Both the position numbers and the translations under genes were made by a program. The notes beneath the pieces were generated by a model. The model searched no databases, was not told where the DNA came from, and was given only the letters and a program-made list of their open reading frames with translations. A stretch of DNA of 64,000 bases from Eukaryota sp. TZLM1-RC (lineage: Eukaryota; Protista; Metamonada: BaSk clade). Location of the stretch: positions 1,240,001 to 1,304,000 of the forward strand of contig JAUPSS010000008.1 in NCBI GenBank assembly GCA_040285825.1, written 5' to 3'. Positions 60,776 through 64,000 of the stretch are shown one piece after another (within the stretch, counting starts at the first letter, position 1; each line of letters begins with the position of its first letter).

Positions 60776-62535
60776 TTTGTTTTGTTTGGCCATTCATCCT
60801 ATTTTATTGCAAATTCAAGAGATGTTTCCTTCGCAAAAAATGATTGCATATATAGATGATGTTGTTCTTATTGGTGATTTAAATATTGTGGAACAAGCAA
60901 CTGTATGTTTTAAAGAATTATTTACCAAAATTGGTCTCCGACTTAAATGTGTTTTGTTATCGAATTCTCCAGTTTCCACAATAGTTGATGGTATTGAAAT
61001 TCAAGCGAAATTATATTCAATTGATGCTACTCGTCATTTGGGTTCGTTTTTAGGAAATAATGATGAAATTACCAACAAATTGTTTGAAAAGTTGAACTCA
61101 ATTTCCGACAAAATTGACCGAATGATGAATTTAGATATACAAAAACACATCAAATTTACCATTATAAAACTGTGTTTTAGTTCCAATTTCAATCATATAT
61201 TTCGATCTACAAATCCTCTTGTCACTAGGCCTTTGTCTCAGAAGTTTAATGAGTTACGTGCAAAAGTTTTGTCACAATTAGTGGGATGTAAAATGTTCCA
61301 AAATCCAGATCATGCCTATCTTCGTCCACATTATGGCGGTTTAGGTTGGACGAAGGCTTCTATTCTTACCTCGTGTGCTTTTGTTGGTGGATGCAGAAAT
61401 GCAATCTTTGAGTTTTCCGAAAGATGTGCAGAGTGGGAAGATTTATTGATGACAACGCAAAGTTCCACTGTTTTTGCATTAAATGAAGAAATTTCAAAAA
61501 TTGATGCAGAAAAATGGGGTCGATGCTTTCCCCAATCATTCAATGGCAATATTCCAGAAAAGAATGTTTTGAATTTGAAGTACACTCTTCGAACATTACA
61601 GAAACGATTGACTGGAATGTATGAAAATGATCTTTATAATAATATATGCAGCTCGGCTGTTTTAAATCAAGGTCTTCACTCATTGTTGTTGGAAAAGGGT
61701 GTTTGTGAAAACAAGTCATCAGATTCTTCACTTTTTGTAACCATTGTAGCACGAAGATTTGGATTGTGTGCCACTAATGAAGCATTTGTAACAAAAATGA
61801 GATTATATTTGAACATCCCCATTAATCAATTATTATCAAAAGAAAAATGTATTTGTTCGAATTCACCTCAACTCACTTTGCGCCATGCTCTGAATTGCTC
61901 TAAATTGATAACTTATCGTTCTTCATTACATGATGCTGTTAGAAACACTGTTTTCAATATGGCACAAACTGCAAGAATTTCGTTATCAAAGAGCTCCTGC
62001 TGAAGGAAACACTTTCTCTGAATAATTTTGGTTCTGATGATAAAGGTGATGTATACTGTGATTGGATTGATAATTCTGAAGCTATTGTTGACTTTGTCTC
62101 ATGTAATGTTGCAAATGATACTTTGGTTCACAGAAGAAAACTAAATCTTGTGAGTGCTCTTGATTTTAAAGCAAATGAAAAACATAGAAATTATGATAAA
62201 GATATTGAAGAGGCTAATGCTGCTAGAAATACACAGCTGGTTTTTATTGCTTTCCCATTTTCGACAAATGGAAGATTATCAGATGAAGCAGAAACTTTTT
62301 TGAATGACTTCCAAATAATGGTTCAAGAACAACAATGAAAAGATTTGATATTTTTTTATGGCGTTCACGGATTCAAGTTGCCATTATTAATAGATTACTT
62401 CGGTTTTTCAATCGAATAAGAGAAGCTTTAGCTAGACAGCAAGCAGATCAAGATTTTGTAGAGAAAATCTTGGTTCAATGATAGTCGTCCCATTAGTTAT
62501 GAGTTAATTTAATTAAGTGTGCAAATTCAATAAAT
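60776..62535 (+). mobile_element. 5'-truncated CRE-clade non-LTR retrotransposon, copy 3
   Basis: Begins at LFCLAIHP; YIDD, CCHC and RLE motifs; same 3' UTR as copy 2. Confidence 0.92.
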
Positions 62536-63298
62536 ATTTAGAGATCTGGAAATATTGAATACAACCAACACCCCTGTTGTTGTGTGTACCTTACTAGTTT
62601 TCTGAAAACTGTTGGTGAAGTCAATGCGAGGTGTGTGTCAGGTTTGATTGAATTGGATAGAATTTCATTGTACAGTACTTGTAAAGTTCGTTAGAAAACT
62701 CAGTGAACCATATTTTAAAATTTTCATCACTTTAAAAGCAGAGTCATTTCTACAACTGTAAAGAACAACCTACATTGATACAAATTGAAATATTAGATTA
62801 ATGTAAGTCTATTCAATGTTAAAACCATCAAATAGTTGATCTGGAACCACTCAGATATCGAAACTTCTTCTGCAGCCCTTGTTTATTCGTTGGAGATTTC
62901 TGTCCAACAATGTTCTTTTTTTCTAACTGCTGTCATTTTCTTCTGTTGGTTCGCGCAGAGTTCTGAGGTAGCCTTCTTTAGAGATGCAGTTAGGCGAAGT
63001 CATGATTGAATCAAGAAGAACAAGGTTTTATGGAATAAGACAGTTCACACGATAGATCTTACAGCACCAAGGTGCGGGTGCGTTGTTTAAAGTGCATGTA
63101 GAGCAAATATCAAAATCTGATGCACTGCTGAACACTAGTAAATTTTCTTTATTCATTGTAATTAACGGTAACCAAGTACCCAATATGAGATACAAAACAT
63201 AAAATAAAAATAATGTATGTGAATAACAACAAAAGTAGTCACATAGTGATTTGCTAAAGGCCAAAAACGACCTAACTCGAAAAACAGTGAATACGAAC

Positions 63299-64000
63299 CT
63301 ACAAAATAGCACCAAATAGAAAGACTAACAAAATACTGATAACTGTAGTAGAAAGAGAAGCTATGATTCCTATAATAAAAGGTTTGAGCCCGTGCTCTTT
63401 GAACACTTTTAAATTAGTAGAGAGACCAACACCAGCCATAGCAACTGCTAGTAAATACTGAGAAGTTACACTGAAATACCCTGTTAGGTCTTCCCAAACT
63501 CCACCAAACCATTTAAAATGAAGTACGATTGTGTTAATAGTTGCCGTAAGTAGAAAACCAAAGACAAAGAATGGAACTAATTGAAGGAATTGTTTCGATG
63601 AAGCAGAACTAGACACTTTACGATTATAATAGAAGGAAACAAGAGGAACCACCAGAATTAACATCAAATTTCTTGAAAGTTTTGTTATAGTTGCAACGTC
63701 AACAACGTCAGTCGCATCAAAAACTTGATCATAAATCATGGAAGCTCCAGCTACTTGAGCTGTTTCGTGGATAGAAGTACCAAGAAAAAGACCAGTCATT
63801 AGAAAGTTTGTACCAAAGAGTAACCTCGAAAAGTAAGGGTACAAGAACATGGATACAGACCCAAAAATAGTAATGTTGCCGACCGCATAAGCAACTTCGT
63901 CCTCACTGGCCGAGATCGAAGGTGCAGTGGAAACAATAGCAGTGGCACCACAGATGGCAGTACCAATAGCTGTTAATGTACCTAATCTATAAGATTCTTT
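63299..64000 (-). CDS. YeiH/UPF0324 putative sulfate exporter family membrane protein (5' end outside the window)
   Basis: Frame is open to the window edge: GTLTAIGTAICGATAIVSTAP...AYAVGNITIFG...GTSIHETAQVAGA...TITKLSRN...VPFFVFGF...AMAGVGLST. Confidence 0.88.
   Translation of the reverse strand, partial: KESYRLGTLTAIGTAICGATAIVSTAPSISASEDEVAYAVGNITIFGSVSMFLYPYFSRLLFGTNFLMTGLFLGTSIHETAQVAGASMIYDQVFDATDVVDVATITKLSRNLMLILVVPLVSFYYNRKVSSSASSKQFLQLVPFFVFGFLLTATINTIVLHFKWFGGVWEDLTGYFSVTSQYLLAVAMAGVGLSTNLKVFKEHGLKPFIIGIIASLSTTVISILLVFLFGAIL

Overview
AT-rich eukaryotic DNA with intronless-looking genes, probably from a flagellated protist (NPHP1-like, lebercilin-like and PGP-repeat genes suggest a cilium). 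It uses the standard genetic code. About nine host genes are present: GINS Psf2, NAF1, DNA2, an NPHP1-like gene, a HEAT/ARM protein, a bacterial-type YeiH transporter and hypotheticals. They are interleaved with dense mobile-element debris: CRE-like RLE non-LTR retrotransposons, three Ty3/Gypsy elements with very short LTRs (one has a chromodomain), a Tc1/mariner-type MITE, and a decayed protein-primed PolB preceded by a 2A-like peptide. The most notable content is six Fanzor (eukaryotic TnpB-like) loci from four distinct families. None keeps an intact RuvC D-E-D triad. Four end 3-183 bp upstream of a host gene ATG on the same strand, and one is followed by a strongly base-paired candidate omegaRNA in the PSF2 upstream region. 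All protein assignments come from manual motif recognition; no database search was run.
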